From the IMG/VR virus record IMGVR_UViG_3300028422_000873: 38,618 nucleotides of DNA, one strand, 5' to 3'. The position numbers and the translations under genes are program-made. How positions within the stretch are numbered: the stretch's first letter is position 1; the number at the start of each line of letters is the position of its first letter. Positions 1 to 8,067 of the stretch are shown one piece after another. The notes below the pieces were generated by a model, which searched no databases, was not told the DNA's origin, and saw only the letters and a program-made list of their open reading frames with translations. This DNA comes from a virus. Its lineage: Duplodnaviria; Heunggongvirae; Uroviricota; Caudoviricetes.

Positions 1-127
1 GCTTTTTATTGATGGTGCCGTTATTGATGTTTATGGAAGCACGAATGCGCAACGAGAGAGTAAGACGCTCTAATTGTAAACATTATTTAAAGTCAATGCT
101 GTATAATTTAAAACTTTATAAATTTAA

Positions 128-484
128 ATGAAAAAGATAAAAATGAGTAAGCAATTAGTTCATAAAGTAAACATTGAATACATAGATACGAAGCTAATAG
201 TGTTTTTATATGTGAGCGATGAGCGTGATACTCGCAGTACAATTCAACACCGCATATTCCCTGAAGATAGACGACAGATTAGACCTATGTGTGTATGTCT
301 GAATAAACTTAGAGGTATGTTGTGGCACATCGGAATAACAGATGATATACCTTTCTTATTAAATGCCATAGGTATGTCAGTATTGAAGAACTTATTTAAT
401 GATTATGAATGGGAGAATGATAGAAATTATTTGATAGAACAATCAAGTCTGAGTACTTTTATATGGTGGATATATAATGAATAG
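128..484 (+). CDS. hypothetical protein, paralog family of 1195/2163/8626; carries motif 2 (LRGMLWHIGI)
   Basis: ORF track; similar layout and C-terminal W-containing segment in the paralogs. Confidence 0.8.
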   Translation: MKKIKMSKQLVHKVNIEYIDTKLIVFLYVSDERDTRSTIQHRIFPEDRRQIRPMCVCLNKLRGMLWHIGITDDIPFLLNAIGMSVLKNLFNDYEWENDRNYLIEQSSLSTFIWWIYNE

Positions 485-493
485 GAAGAAATA

Positions 494-640
494 ATGCGGT
501 TTATGAATAATTATACGGCTATTTTTGAACTACAGTACATATTGTATCGTCTTGGTGTAATGCGTGGTACATGTTGCGGCGGTCAATGGACTAAAGACTA
601 TGCGAGACGATATGGAGCAAAAATTGAAACTCAAAAGTGA
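494..640 (+). CDS. 48-aa protein with motif 2 (LQYILYRLGV); not in ORF track
   Basis: Hand translation MRFMNNYTAIFELQYILYRLGVMRGTCCGGQW...; AGGAAG upstream. Confidence 0.65.
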   Translation: MRFMNNYTAIFELQYILYRLGVMRGTCCGGQWTKDYARRYGAKIETQK

Positions 641-752
641 TTTACTCATAGAGCTATTGGGGATGTTAGAAGTATTAGGGGTTGATTGGGATATATCTAG
701 CGCTAATATAGTACATCTTAGACTTCTGAGAGAAGAAAGATTAATAAGTTAA
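612..752 (+). CDS. small protein with motif 2 (LLGMLEVLGV); probable start 612 within track ORF 564..752
   Basis: ORF track; start choice inferred from overlap with the upstream ORF. Confidence 0.55.
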   Translation: MEQKLKLKSDLLIELLGMLEVLGVDWDISSANIVHLRLLREERLIS

Positions 753-770
753 TTACATAGGATTATTATA

Positions 771-947
771 TTGGAAACTATAGCAATAATTATGAAACTC
801 TTAATGTTAGCATTATGTCTCTATGCGCTTATAACTTTTACAGTTGAATATGTATTTATAGGCAAAGTGAGAAAACACAATAAGAATTTCTTTATATCTC
901 ATGACTTACGACAGACGCTTTATAAATTAGGAATAAAGTTCGACTAA
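771..947 (+). CDS. 58-aa single-TM protein ending in motif 2 (LRQTLYKLGI); not in ORF track
   Basis: Hand translation; TTG start after AGGA, hydrophobic N-terminus, basic linker. Confidence 0.7.
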   Translation: METIAIIMKLLMLALCLYALITFTVEYVFIGKVRKHNKNFFISHDLRQTLYKLGIKFD

Positions 948-976
948 TAGGGTATCTAATAATACGTAGGTGAATA

Positions 977-1198
977 ATGAAGAAAGCTAATGAATTGACA
1001 ACAGAAGATATTGAGATTTTAAATAATATAGTAGAAAATGGAGGAAACTGTCATACACCAAAAGACCTATCATGTGCCAATTGTCCTGTGTTTGTAAAGG
1101 GTAGTTTATGTTATCGAAAAGGAATAAAAGAGCGCGCTTTATACCTATTAAGAGAATACAATAAATATATTGATTCTATTTTATTGGAGCAAGAATGA
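977..1198 (+). CDS. 4-Cys mini-protein subfamily A with C-terminal tag (YIDSILLEQE)
   Basis: ELTxEDI...GxC...CxxCP...C pattern shared with 4303, 4999, 6504, 8064, 18777. Confidence 0.85.
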   Translation: MKKANELTTEDIEILNNIVENGGNCHTPKDLSCANCPVFVKGSLCYRKGIKERALYLLREYNKYIDSILLEQE

Positions 1199-1545
1199 CA
1201 GATGAGCGATACGTACAGCATGTTATATTAACACGAGATAGCGGTAGACTCAATGTTTGTTTATTAATTGGCCATAAAGATGCAAATATGTCCTGTCTTA
1301 AGTCTACCAGATATATTTTGAAAGAAGATGATAGACTTCTAGCTGAAGCTAGAGTACCTTCTCTTAGAAGACTAATGATTGTGTTTTCTAGATTAGGCAT
1401 AGAGGATTTTACTAAGTATTATAGTCAGGTATATTCAAAAGTATTAAAAAGTTTATTTCCAGATCATAATTGGAAAGAAGATTTTAAGATGAGCACGTCA
1501 AACGCAGTGCAATTCGTTTATTGGATAGAAAGAGTCACTAAATGA
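1195..1545 (+). CDS. hypothetical protein, 128 family; motif 2 (LMIVFSRLGI)
   Basis: ORF track; ATGA overlap with the upstream gene. Confidence 0.8.
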   Translation: MTDERYVQHVILTRDSGRLNVCLLIGHKDANMSCLKSTRYILKEDDRLLAEARVPSLRRLMIVFSRLGIEDFTKYYSQVYSKVLKSLFPDHNWKEDFKMSTSNAVQFVYWIERVTK

Positions 1546-1712
1546 TTGGATTTAAAATAAGTATATTAATAGTAGCCGTTATTATCTTATTTGACTTTAT
1601 TGAAAGTTCATATGAGTTATTAATAGAGAAACGAAAGTATAGAAAGCATGATAAGAAACGTGCTATCGAGCGCAGAATGGGATATATGTTAAACAAGCTG
1701 GAGATTTATTAG
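1542..1712 (+). CDS. 56-aa single-TM protein ending in motif 2 (MGYMLNKLEI); not in ORF track
   Basis: Hand translation; overlaps the upstream stop and abuts the next ATG. Confidence 0.7.
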   Translation: MIGFKISILIVAVIILFDFIESSYELLIEKRKYRKHDKKRAIERRMGYMLNKLEIY

Positions 1713-1982
1713 ATGAGCATGAAACTACCAGACGGATTTAAGAATATAAACGATGTTGCAACCACGGTTAGCAAAGCCAGAGAATCATTGGATTATAGAA
1801 ATGGGTACACATGCGATATACTTAACCCAACTCAAATTGGTGGAAACGATTGCGATCAATGTATAGTAACCACACTACTTCCTCCTAATTCATGTGACAC
1901 TAGTAGTTTTAGTAAACTTCTTGATATGCTACAAGAAGTAATTGCTGAGTATATTTTATTGGAGCAACATGAAGATAATTAA
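1713..1982 (+). CDS. 4-Cys mini-protein with C-terminal tag (IAEYILLEQ)
   Basis: C..CDQC..C pattern. Confidence 0.8.
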   Translation: MSMKLPDGFKNINDVATTVSKARESLDYRNGYTCDILNPTQIGGNDCDQCIVTTLLPPNSCDTSSFSKLLDMLQEVIAEYILLEQHEDN

Positions 1983-2160
1983 GAACACATTTGATATCAT
2001 AGCTATAGTTATCATGCTGATACTACCTGGTTTTGTTGCACTAGGTATACTCCATATTATAGATACCATTGAAAATAAAAGAAGACGTAAACTAGAGAAA
2101 GACTATTATATAGTATGCGATATATTACATGTATGTAATAAATTAGGAATAGGTAGCTAA
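1969..2160 (+). CDS. single-TM protein ending in motif 2 (ILHVCNKLGI); probable start 1969
   Basis: ORF track 1942..2160; GGAG SD before ATG 1969. Confidence 0.7.
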   Translation: MKIIKNTFDIIAIVIMLILPGFVALGILHIIDTIENKRRRKLEKDYYIVCDILHVCNKLGIGS

Positions 2161-2162
2161 AT

Positions 2163-2474
2163 ATGAGTGAACAAGTATATGTAGTTGATGTAGATATGAG
2201 ATTAAAAAACGATTCACTAATGATAATAGTTCAAACCGAGCGTGGTAGTTATCATATAAAAAAAGGAAAATACGAGATAATTATTCCTCCTCATGATAGG
2301 CACATGGTGAGAGACATGGTATTATCTGCTACTAATTTATTATCTCTGTTTAAGAAACTAGACGTATCTTTAAAAGAACAAAAGTATATGGGGGATACGG
2401 CTACAATAATGCTAGTTAAATATTTATGTAAAGATACAAATTGGACTTGGAAGATACACCAGATATTTTCTTAG
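2163..2474 (+). CDS. hypothetical protein, 128 family, motif 2 (LLSLFKKLDV); possibly frameshifted near 2445
   Basis: ORF track; an alternative frame supplies the family-like FGDWLRG ending. Confidence 0.7.
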   Translation: MSEQVYVVDVDMRLKNDSLMIIVQTERGSYHIKKGKYEIIIPPHDRHMVRDMVLSATNLLSLFKKLDVSLKEQKYMGDTATIMLVKYLCKDTNWTWKIHQIFS

Positions 2475-2542
2475 ACTCGCTGATCTTTGGAGATTGGTTG
2501 CGTGGGAAAAGAGATGATGACATAGATAAGGTATAGCATAAT

Positions 2543-2695
2543 ATGAGACTCGATATAAGTAATACAGAAAGAGATTTGATGTGGGATATAGTGTACAATC
2601 TTCATATTATGCTTCTTAAGATGGATATAGATGACGGAACTAATTATGGTATGAATTACTTTGATTACATAGATAGACTCGCAGACAATAATTAA
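2543..2695 (+). CDS. 50-aa protein with motif 2 (LHIMLLKMDI); not in ORF track
   Basis: Hand translation; AAGGT upstream. Confidence 0.65.
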   Translation: MRLDISNTERDLMWDIVYNLHIMLLKMDIDDGTNYGMNYFDYIDRLADNN

Positions 2696-2699
2696 ACAT

Positions 2700-2710
2700 A
2701 ACCGATTCGA
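2700..2710 (+). promoter_or_regulatory. ACCGA-NN-CGA element (AACCGATTCGA), putative promoter
   Basis: Recurrent motif, 30 nt before ATG 2741. Confidence 0.7.
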
Positions 2711-2740
2711 AAGATTTACATGATACAAGGGGAGGATTTC

Positions 2741-3004
2741 ATGTACGAAAGTAATAAGAAAAATATCAAAGTAGAATCAGCTGAAGAAGCAATACAACGA
2801 GGCGTCAAGATCGAGAAAGATGAAGGTGTAATGCCAAACTCCTTTGTGTATCCAAAGGAATACGGAATGCAGAGACGCAGACGAAGAAGTAAATACAAAG
2901 ACTACTCTAATAAAGTAGATGTCAGAGAATTGCTATCTAAATGTAGCCAAGAACAGAAAGAAAAATTGATGGCTATTCTCGAGAAACAAGGCATTAAACT
3001 GTAG
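2741..3004 (+). CDS. hypothetical protein, paralog of 35611 (IKVESxEEAxxRGxKIxK)
   Basis: ORF track 2720..3004; GGGGAGG SD before ATG 2741. Confidence 0.8.
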   Translation: MYESNKKNIKVESAEEAIQRGVKIEKDEGVMPNSFVYPKEYGMQRRRRRSKYKDYSNKVDVRELLSKCSQEQKEKLMAILEKQGIKL

Positions 3005-3030
3005 TAATAAACAATATGGAAGGGGGAAAC

Positions 3031-3651
3031 ATGAAAAAACTTTTTAGCTTATTAATTTTACTGTCGTTAGTATTATTTGCTAGTTGCGGTGGCGAAGACG
3101 GAATCAACGGTCGCGACGGCCTTGATGGTCAAGATGGAATTAGCGGTACTAGTGGAACCGACGGAGTCGACGGTATTAACGGAACCGACGGAGTCGATGG
3201 CGTTAACGGCATCAACGGTGTAGACGGTACTGACGGAACTGATGGAGTTGATGGCATCAACGGCATAGATGGTGCTGACGGTACTGACGGCAAATCAGCT
3301 TATGAGATTGCAGTAGATAACGGTTTTGTCGGAACAGAAGCAGAATGGCTCGAATCATTAGAGGCAGATGCAGAACTTGAGCAGTTCTGTCAAGACAACA
3401 TCTCTATCCTAGACTCTATCAACGTAGACGATCATGTCAGCGGTGCATATGCAGATCCGCTGGTGGCAAAGTTCTTTCAGAGTTGTCACACCTATGCATC
3501 TGCTTCGACTTATACTGTGCAGAGTTACTCATACTGTTACTACAGCGAGTATTACTTCTACTACTTTGAGTTGGGTTATCTGTACTACGTGAAGGTGGAC
3601 TTCAACTACGGTAACAATAAGATCACAATGTACAAGAACTTCAACGAGTAG
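3031..3651 (+). CDS. collagen-like lipoprotein
   Basis: Signal peptide with lipobox LFASC, about 22 Gly-X-(D/N/S) triplets, then GKSAYEIAVDNGFVGTEAEWLESL collagen-associated repeat and a Tyr-rich C-domain. Confidence 0.85.
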   Translation: MKKLFSLLILLSLVLFASCGGEDGINGRDGLDGQDGISGTSGTDGVDGINGTDGVDGVNGINGVDGTDGTDGVDGINGIDGADGTDGKSAYEIAVDNGFVGTEAEWLESLEADAELEQFCQDNISILDSINVDDHVSGAYADPLVAKFFQSCHTYASASTYTVQSYSYCYYSEYYFYYFELGYLYYVKVDFNYGNNKITMYKNFNE

Positions 3652-3658
3652 GCATTGC

Positions 3659-3844
3659 ATGACTAAACAGAAGAAAATGTACATAATATACTGCGGTGAG
3701 GTGCACGAGATTGATTCTTATTACCCGTCCATTAAAGAAGATAATGTATTTACGGTGTGCATTCATAAATTTAGCTACGAGTTCTTTACACTAGGGGTAG
3801 ACATCTTTTACACGAGAGAAGAGGCAAAAGATAAACTACCATGA
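3659..3844 (+). CDS. hypothetical protein
   Basis: ORF track; followed by a terminator. Confidence 0.7.
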   Translation: MTKQKKMYIIYCGEVHEIDSYYPSIKEDNVFTVCIHKFSYEFFTLGVDIFYTREEAKDKLP

Positions 3845-3867
3845 GGCGCTCTACGGAGCGTCTTTTT
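3844..3867 (+). terminator. intrinsic terminator
   Basis: AGGCGCTC-TACG-GAGCGTCT hairpin plus T-run. Confidence 0.8.
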
Positions 3868-3878
3868 CTATTTCACAT

Positions 3879-3889
3879 AACCGATTCGA
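3879..3889 (+). promoter_or_regulatory. ACCGA-NN-CGA element (AACCGATTCGA)
   Basis: Directly after the terminator, 25 nt before ATG 3915. Confidence 0.75.
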
Positions 3890-3914
3890 CTAGTTGTTAT
3901 AATAAGGGGGAAAT

Positions 3915-4220
3915 ATGAGACCTATACCACGCAAAGGTAGTAAAAGAAAAACTAAAGGATGTGATCTACCATCATCTAGAATTGTAAAAGAACCAAAATG
4001 TATTCCTCGCAAACAAGAAGTTAGTGTAGAAAGTACAGGTATTACTGTAGATTTAAGCAATGATCAGCAAAAACTAATAAGAAAAGCACTAGAACAACTT
4101 GCTTATGAATATCGTCAACTCCAGTTTGAATTTCCAGACAAATACGATGAATACGATCGAAAACTACAAGACATAGAGACTGTAGAGATCGCTATTGGTT
4201 GTGAATTTTTAGAAGATTAG
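3915..4220 (+). CDS. hypothetical protein
   Basis: ORF track; GGGGG SD. Confidence 0.8.
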   Translation: MRPIPRKGSKRKTKGCDLPSSRIVKEPKCIPRKQEVSVESTGITVDLSNDQQKLIRKALEQLAYEYRQLQFEFPDKYDEYDRKLQDIETVEIAIGCEFLED

Positions 4221-4226
4221 TATTAT

Positions 4227-4289
4227 GTCGGGAGTGCTCCCTGACCGGAGAGTTCGCTACTTGGTTTAGTCACCACACTCCTGGCTCCA
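4227..4289 (+). ncRNA. putative miniature tRNA-like RNA ending in TCCA
   Basis: 10-bp closing stem GTCGGGAGTG/CACTCCTGGC, three short internal hairpins, 3' TCCA; GC-rich island in an intergenic gap. Confidence 0.5.
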
Positions 4290-4302
4290 TAAAAGTGAAG
4301 AT

Positions 4303-4548
4303 ATGAAAAAAGTAACTGAGCTAACCGCTGATGATATAGAGTTTCTCAATGCCTTGATAAAAGCTAAGGGGGATTGCGTAAGTGTTTACTTTGATGATTT
4401 CACTTGCAATACCTGTCCTGTTGCTACAGGTGATGGGGTTAGCTGTTATATATTTCAAATTTTTAATCGAGCAAATTCTCTCTTAAAAGAACACAACAAT
4501 CATATTAACTCTATACTGCTGGAGGATGAGTGGACAGAGAAGAAATGA
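4303..4548 (+). CDS. 4-Cys mini-protein subfamily A with tag (HINSILLED)
   Basis: Family pattern. Confidence 0.85.
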   Translation: MKKVTELTADDIEFLNALIKAKGDCVSVYFDDFTCNTCPVATGDGVSCYIFQIFNRANSLLKEHNNHINSILLEDEWTEKK

Positions 4549-4685
4549 AAAAACTTATAAATGAAGTACTAGATGAGAGAGTAATGGCCCATAATAAGCG
4601 CGTAGATAAAGATTTCTTTGCTTATGTATTTATAATATTAGGTGTTTCAGTTACTGCATTTATAGTTTTCGTCATGACTGCGTAA
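4545..4685 (+). CDS. 46-aa protein with C-terminal TM helix; not in ORF track
   Basis: Hand translation MKKLINEVLDERV...FAYVFIILGVSVTAFIVFVMTA; ATGA overlap. Confidence 0.6.
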   Translation: MKKLINEVLDERVMAHNKRVDKDFFAYVFIILGVSVTAFIVFVMTA

Positions 4686-4702
4686 TGTATTAAGGAGATA
4701 AA

Positions 4703-5002
4703 ATGAGTAAGACTGATGCAAGAAAAAGTATTGTCCATAGAAACCCCGATCCGACTACAGAAAAACCAACTAAGCCGTTAAGATCAGGACCAGATAAGGG
4801 TGGACATAATGAAGCACCAACAACTCCGCGACCACCTCGTCCTGCACCGCCGACAAAATACGAAGAGAAATATAGAGTCGTGCTCACGACTGTAAATGAT
4901 ACATTGTATGAAGGGACTTACGATGAGTGCAAGATTGTTATCTCAGCCTTCTATAACTATAATCGCTGCACTAATATTGTCTTAGAGAAAGTAGAAGAAT
5001 GA
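4703..5002 (+). CDS. hypothetical protein with Pro-rich N-terminal half
   Basis: ORF track; AAGGAG SD. Confidence 0.75.
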   Translation: MSKTDARKSIVHRNPDPTTEKPTKPLRSGPDKGGHNEAPTTPRPPRPAPPTKYEEKYRVVLTTVNDTLYEGTYDECKIVISAFYNYNRCTNIVLEKVEE

Positions 5003-5220
5003 AGAGAGTAGATGAGTTAACCGAAAAAGACGTAAATAACCTCAAAAAAATAATTAATAAAGAAGGTTATTGCGGTGGCGTGTGGTGTTGGGTATGTCCG
5101 ATAAGAAGAGGCGACGGACCTTCTTGTAATCGTTTTGCAAACTTAATATTAGCAAAAGATCTATTACATCAGTATAGCGAATACTGTCGCATTGATTCTA
5201 TATTACTGGAGAATGAATGA
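4999..5220 (+). CDS. 4-Cys mini-protein subfamily A with tag (IDSILLENE)
   Basis: Family pattern. Confidence 0.85.
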   Translation: MKRVDELTEKDVNNLKKIINKEGYCGGVWCWVCPIRRGDGPSCNRFANLILAKDLLHQYSEYCRIDSILLENE

Positions 5221-5492
5221 GTGACAAACCCACTAAAGAGCAAATAGATCAACTGATAAATCTATACAATGAGTATTATCACCCGGAGACAGGCGAGTGG
5301 TCTATATTTGCGGGTAATATCTGTAACATACTAGAACCTTTCGAGATTAATGGTATCTGTGAATACTGTATTATTGCCAAGTTAAACCTAAATCATATGT
5401 GTGAGCTTAATAATTACGATGCTGTTTTAAAAGCAGTCGACATTGTAACTCAACAAGCTTTAGAAGACGAGGTCTTCGGGCGCGACGACTAA
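5217..5492 (+). CDS. 4-Cys mini-protein, degenerate tag (LEDEVFG)
   Basis: CNIL..CEYC..C; resembles 1713. Confidence 0.8.
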   Translation: MSDKPTKEQIDQLINLYNEYYHPETGEWSIFAGNICNILEPFEINGICEYCIIAKLNLNHMCELNNYDAVLKAVDIVTQQALEDEVFGRDD

Positions 5493-5524
5493 GTTGACTG
5501 ACACTGCTACGCCACAGTGCACTG

Positions 5525-5535
5525 AACCGATTCGA
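5525..5535 (+). promoter_or_regulatory. ACCGA-NN-CGA element (AACCGATTCGA)
   Basis: Intergenic, 25 nt before ATG 5561 of a 31-codon ORF. Confidence 0.7.
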
Positions 5536-5652
5536 TATGTATCTGTACGAGGGGGTGGGTATGCCGTGCAATGAGTGGATTGAGATAAACTATACAGGCA
5601 CAGAAAAAGTAAATTTCAACACTATGAAATGGAAGTATGAGGGTGAACAATT

Positions 5653-6039
5653 ATGAAAGACTGGTGCGACGACTTATTAAGTGAGATAGAAAGAAGACAC
5701 GGAACTAAAGTCGCAGCTGCTATCAATTCCATCGTAGATCACGGTTTAGTAAATGAGGCAAATACTTTAATTGAAGCTCTTACAGCTAAAAATGGTACAC
5801 TAACTGATATTCAGTTAATTAACTTAATGGAATCTAAAAAAAGATTTGAGAACGCAGAGAGCTGGCCGTGCGCGCCGCTAATGAATGAACCATACGGTGG
5901 TAAAAATGGTTGCAGTAATTGTATATTATTGAGATTATTGGGTTATTTCAACCCAGACAACTGTCACAAAGACAATGTATTATCTAAAATAAATAGATTG
6001 TTGGAAGATCATGCAGAAAGAATTCTGCTGGGGGATTAA
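5653..6039 (+). CDS. 4-Cys protein with N-terminal extension and tag (HAERILLGD)
   Basis: Family pattern. Confidence 0.8.
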   Translation: MKDWCDDLLSEIERRHGTKVAAAINSIVDHGLVNEANTLIEALTAKNGTLTDIQLINLMESKKRFENAESWPCAPLMNEPYGGKNGCSNCILLRLLGYFNPDNCHKDNVLSKINRLLEDHAERILLGD

Positions 6040-6271
6040 TGGATCTTACTAAAAAAAAGAGATTGAACTTATATTTCATATACATGATAACCCCGATATG
6101 TCTGATGCGGATATATGTATGGCGCTGACACCTATTGATATTGATATATGCGACAATCAATGTCCTACATATAGATACAATGCCAATACACGGTGTTCGT
6201 GTCGTAGCACACTCAATGAAATTATCGCTACTATCATAAATCAAGCAGAAGACATTCTATTGGAGGAATGA
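6039..6271 (+). pseudogene. frameshifted 4-Cys mini-protein gene with tag (QAEDILLEE); break in A8 run 6051-6058
   Basis: MDLTKK then a shifted frame EIELIFHIH...CMAL...CDNQCP...CSC...AEDILLEE; TAATG and ATGA overlaps at both ends. Confidence 0.7.
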
Positions 6272-6507
6272 TGGATGTGACTAATAAAGAATACGAAGGT
6301 TTAATGAGATGTAAAGAGAATCTAAAAAATAAAGATCAGATGAATATATGTTGTGGATTGGTATATAATTATCCCTGTACAGATAGTTGTGTGCTTCATA
6401 AGTATGATCCAATGGAAGATTGCACTGTGGAGAATATACTATCTAGAATAAATGGATTACTTACAGAGCTAGATGCGCGCGTAAGTAATATTCTGTTGGA
6501 GGAATGA
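6268..6507 (+). CDS. Cys-rich mini-protein with tag (VSNILLEE)
   Basis: Family pattern. Confidence 0.8.
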   Translation: MMDVTNKEYEGLMRCKENLKNKDQMNICCGLVYNYPCTDSCVLHKYDPMEDCTVENILSRINGLLTELDARVSNILLEE

Positions 6508-6725
6508 TGAGGGAAACAACAGAATTAACAACCGATGATGTAGTTTTATTAAAAGAATTAGTTGCAAAAAGAGGGGTCTGCAATTATACCGATGGTTGCG
6601 AAAATTGTCCGATTTATTGTGAAAATGGACCCTGTTGGAGTAACAGTGCGTTTGCACGAGCATCATCGTTATTGACTAAATATGAAGAATATGTAGATTC
6701 TATATTATTGGAGAACGAATGCTAA
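6504..6725 (+). CDS. 4-Cys mini-protein subfamily A with tag (YVDSILLENEC)
   Basis: Family pattern. Confidence 0.85.
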   Translation: MMRETTELTTDDVVLLKELVAKRGVCNYTDGCENCPIYCENGPCWSNSAFARASSLLTKYEEYVDSILLENEC

Positions 6726-6964
6726 CCGATGAACAGTTAGAAATTCTTCAACGCACTAAATTAAGAATAGAGAACCCCAAAATAGGTTTGTCAGTATGTC
6801 AGTTCGTTAATCCTACTGGTAGTAGTTGCTATAAATGCTTATTAAAAGAATTAAGTGGTGGTAAATTAAATTACTGTACTGCTAACAGTATGCTCAAGAA
6901 AATAAATGAGTTACTGGATAATCATATAGATTCTTTACTACTTGGAGAAGATGATGGATGTTAG
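6719..6964 (+). CDS. 4-Cys mini-protein with tag (HIDSLLLGE)
   Basis: Family pattern. Confidence 0.85.
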   Translation: MLTDEQLEILQRTKLRIENPKIGLSVCQFVNPTGSSCYKCLLKELSGGKLNYCTANSMLKKINELLDNHIDSLLLGEDDGC

Positions 6965-7220
6965 TATATTAACTAAGAAAGAAATAGAAAGAATATGTGA
7001 AGCCAAACAAAAGTTACTAGACGGGGCCGACGTTGATGGTTCTTTCTGTGATTTTATGCATCCAAAAGGCGTGGACAAAGATAAATGCGGTTTATGCCCT
7101 CTAAATAGAATTAAGCAACAAGAGCACTTTAATTGTTCTTTTAGTAAAACAGCTCTCATAAGTAAACTAAATGAGATATTAGAGCAAGTAGCAGAAAATA
7201 TACTCTTGGAGCAAGAATGA
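6942..7220 (+). CDS. 4-Cys mini-protein with tag (VAENILLEQE); true start probably 6951 or 6954
   Basis: Family pattern; GGAG SD before ATGATG. Confidence 0.8.
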   Translation: MEKMMDVSILTKKEIERICEAKQKLLDGADVDGSFCDFMHPKGVDKDKCGLCPLNRIKQQEHFNCSFSKTALISKLNEILEQVAENILLEQE

Positions 7221-7495
7221 ACGCAAGTGAAGAAGATATTAAAAAACTCACTGAATCTAAGCGAAGAATCATGCACAGTGAAGATCATCCATGTCATCCG
7301 CTGAGTAAATTTGATTGGCCAAGATGTAAAACTATTTGTCCACTACATAAGTTACGTCCTTGTGATTTTTGCTCAACAAATGAAATGTTGGAGAGAATAG
7401 ATGAGATACTAACAAAGACATATGAAATACTAAATCAATGTATCGATGAGGTTTTATTAGGGGATAATAGTGATCAACAAAATAAGTGTACTTAG
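7217..7495 (+). CDS. Cys-rich mini-protein with tag (IDEVLLGD)
   Basis: Family pattern. Confidence 0.8.
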   Translation: MNASEEDIKKLTESKRRIMHSEDHPCHPLSKFDWPRCKTICPLHKLRPCDFCSTNEMLERIDEILTKTYEILNQCIDEVLLGDNSDQQNKCT

Positions 7496-7721
7496 AAATA
7501 AGTCTCTTAATAATATTACGTACTATTCTATATATGTTCGTAAGTGTATTGCAGGAGACTAGAGCAAGGTCTACGAAGAATATCACGGATACGTTGATGT
7601 CTATGAAACTCATTTGGACTATAGTGTATCAGAAGAGTGTGATAGATGGCATGCTAGATACACAATAAAAGGTTTAATATTATCAGATATAGTTATGCGA
7701 GTAGCATTAGGGGTTGAATAA
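7470..7721 (+). pseudogene. 84-codon reading frame with one in-frame TAG (7560-7562), ending in tag-like DIVMRVALGVE
   Basis: GTG start after AGGGG SD; final TAA overlaps next ATG (TAATG). Confidence 0.6.
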
Positions 7722-7984
7722 TGAACATAGATGGGATAACAGCAGAAGATATTAATAGACTGCGAGATGCTATTAATGATTTTGGTAAACACTGTGATAT
7801 ATTAAACCCACTTGAGGCGGAAACTACGAGTTGTCGCAGCTGTACATTCTTAAAGATAAAGAAAAAAAGACCCGACTTACGCTGTGCTGGTATGAGTGAG
7901 GAGTATTTGTCTCGTTTACTCACAGATATAATGGAAGAAGTTAATAAAAACATTGATGAGCAGTTACTAGGTGATATATGTTAG
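7721..7984 (+). CDS. 4-Cys mini-protein with tag (IDEQLLGD)
   Basis: CDILNP shared with 1713. Confidence 0.85.
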   Translation: MNIDGITAEDINRLRDAINDFGKHCDILNPLEAETTSCRSCTFLKIKKKRPDLRCAGMSEEYLSRLLTDIMEEVNKNIDEQLLGDIC

Positions 7985-8067
7985 ATAAAAATTATGTTGA
8001 AACGTATCTTGATTACGCAAGAAAAGTACAACTGCTCTTTATCCTAGCACGTTTGGGGATACTATGA
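7978..8067 (+). CDS. 29-aa peptide that is little more than motif 2 (LLFILARLGIL); not in ORF track
   Basis: Hand translation; AGGTG SD; overlaps neighbours at both ends. Confidence 0.65.
   Translation: MLDKNYVETYLDYARKVQLLFILARLGIL

Noticed and set aside
2680-2710. Canonical bipartite sigma-28 promoter (TAAA-N15-GCCGATAA)
   Set aside because: No TAAA at the expected spacing in the copies checked, and the 3' half is NNCGA rather than TAA.
7486-7668. Track ORF as a real gene
   Set aside because: The alternative frame 7470..7721 has an SD, stop-start coupling and a tag-like end.
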